A stretch of 64,000 nt of DNA from Schmidtea polychroa. Taxonomy: Eukaryota. This document shows positions 62,753 through 64,000 of the stretch, one piece after another (the stretch's first letter is position 1; each line of letters begins with the position of its first letter). The notes under the pieces were generated by a model. The model was given only the letters and a program-made list of their open reading frames with translations. It searched no databases and was not told the DNA's origin. The DNA is taken from contig CM097888.1 of assembly GCA_044892525.1 (NCBI GenBank), positions 89,032,001 to 89,096,000 of the forward strand, in the 5' to 3' direction. The position numbers were made by a program, and so were the translations under genes.

Positions 62753-64000
62753 AGGAATGCGCTTGGTTGTGGGCAGCATAAATGGAACATGAATGAATGA
62801 TAGATGAATCGAGATGGGGAAATATGAGAAGGGAAATGCTCCAACACAGCTCCAATATGGTAAAGAATCACATATTGAGGAATCACATATTGAATATAGT
62901 GAAAATGAAATCATTGATGCTAGAAATATTGCTGAATGCTTGGCCGTAAATTTGTATTGATGAGAGAAATATTAGATATAATGATAAGGTAGATGAAGCG
63001 GTGAAGGGGTACCCCAGGATAATCAATCAATCTGTGATGATAATGATGATGATGTAGGCAATGTTGATAGGGTTGTGACAGAGTTGTGACAGTAGGCAAC
63101 AGGTCAAGGGAGATGAAACAGTTGATGAGATCAATTATTCAAAATTTACACATGAGCAATTATTCAATATCAGTTTTATTGATTGGGTGCAATTTTGATT
63201 GATTTTGTGCAATCGATATTTGGGTGAATCAATACAATATTATCAGATAATTTACCGGGCAAGGGGAGGGGAGGGAGGGGAGCCAGCTTGGATATATATT
63301 TGACTGGCTCAGTGAATTCACCCCGTCAAAATGTTGCCCACTAACCGCAATTTAATGATATTGAGCCAATAGAAATAGTGACGGAATCAGTTGCCCTCCT
63401 CTCCAACTGGATTATGCTTGCTTCTATTTGCCTTGCGCAGTTTAATCATTTCCATTCAATCCGATAATACGCAATCAAATATAATTTGTGTAAAAATATT
63501 TATTTATTGAGTTTCGGATTATTTCTGGTTTCGAGTTGTCTGATTGGTTGGAAATTATTTCTAATAAATATGAAATTGCTCATTTAAATATTATTGATAT
63601 TATTAACTGAATTTATATTTAATATAATTAATTTGTTTTTATTTGTTTTAATGGGTGATTTTGAATGATTCGGATAATTCATTATTGATGCGATTGACAA
63701 TAAATATGAAGGAATTTTAATGTTTGTTTGATTGGTGGTGAAAGCTGATAAAATATTTGATGAGTGCATTGCTAATAACAAGATATGAATGCATGGGGGT
63801 CACCTGGGCTGTCTGGGCTCGCTGACTGAGCTTTGATTGGATGCATTTCACAGCTGGTTTCATTGCTGGATTTGATTGGCTGATTGAGGGATTATAGAGA
63901 CGAATCAGATATTGTTATTAGCTGAGCAATTGGGTGATAACTAAATATATTTCTAGTGCAAATCATTCACTGATATCGAGGCCAGAGGATGGAGAAGAAG

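Larger units (their letters stand above)
48254..64000 (+). repeat. Segmental duplication, copy 2 (runs off the window)
   Basis: Collinear with 31402-45970. Confidence 0.97.

Noticed and set aside
62399-62914. Overlapping minus-strand ORFs (YAIYMQF repeats), also 44502-44849
   Set aside because: A by-product of an 11/13-bp repeat lacking stops on one strand; unit number differs freely between copies.

Overview
AT-rich animal genomic DNA with spliceosomal introns mostly 42-69 nt, three N-gaps and dense transposon debris. No prokaryotic features and no CRISPR array. (1) 2.7-20.7 kb: most of a CASK/LIN-2 gene (13 located exons; 5' exons not in the readable sequence), whose long introns all hold mobile-element relics or repeats (Tc1, MULE, Penelope, hAT, Ty3/gypsy). 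(2) 21-31 kb: a 23-bp minisatellite, an Hsp90 pseudogene fragment, piggyBac/gypsy/Merlin relics, an intronless SF1 gene and an NCBP2 (CBP20) gene. (3) 31.4-64 kb: two direct copies (offset about 16.9-18.0 kb) of a block holding a spliced signal peptide-LamG-EGF...TM (neurexin/CASPR-like) gene, with copy-specific MITE insertions and lesions. The most unusual signal is a repeated minus-strand RNA module inside CASK introns: the U1 snRNA 5' arm (ATACTTACCTGGC), then a GAAA-tetraloop hairpin, then a canonical minimal type I hammerhead ribozyme (15126-15207; decayed copy 4747-4801). A second hammerhead-like family lies nearby, next to Penelope relics. All assignments come from reading the sequence by eye; no database search was run, and the species is not determined.
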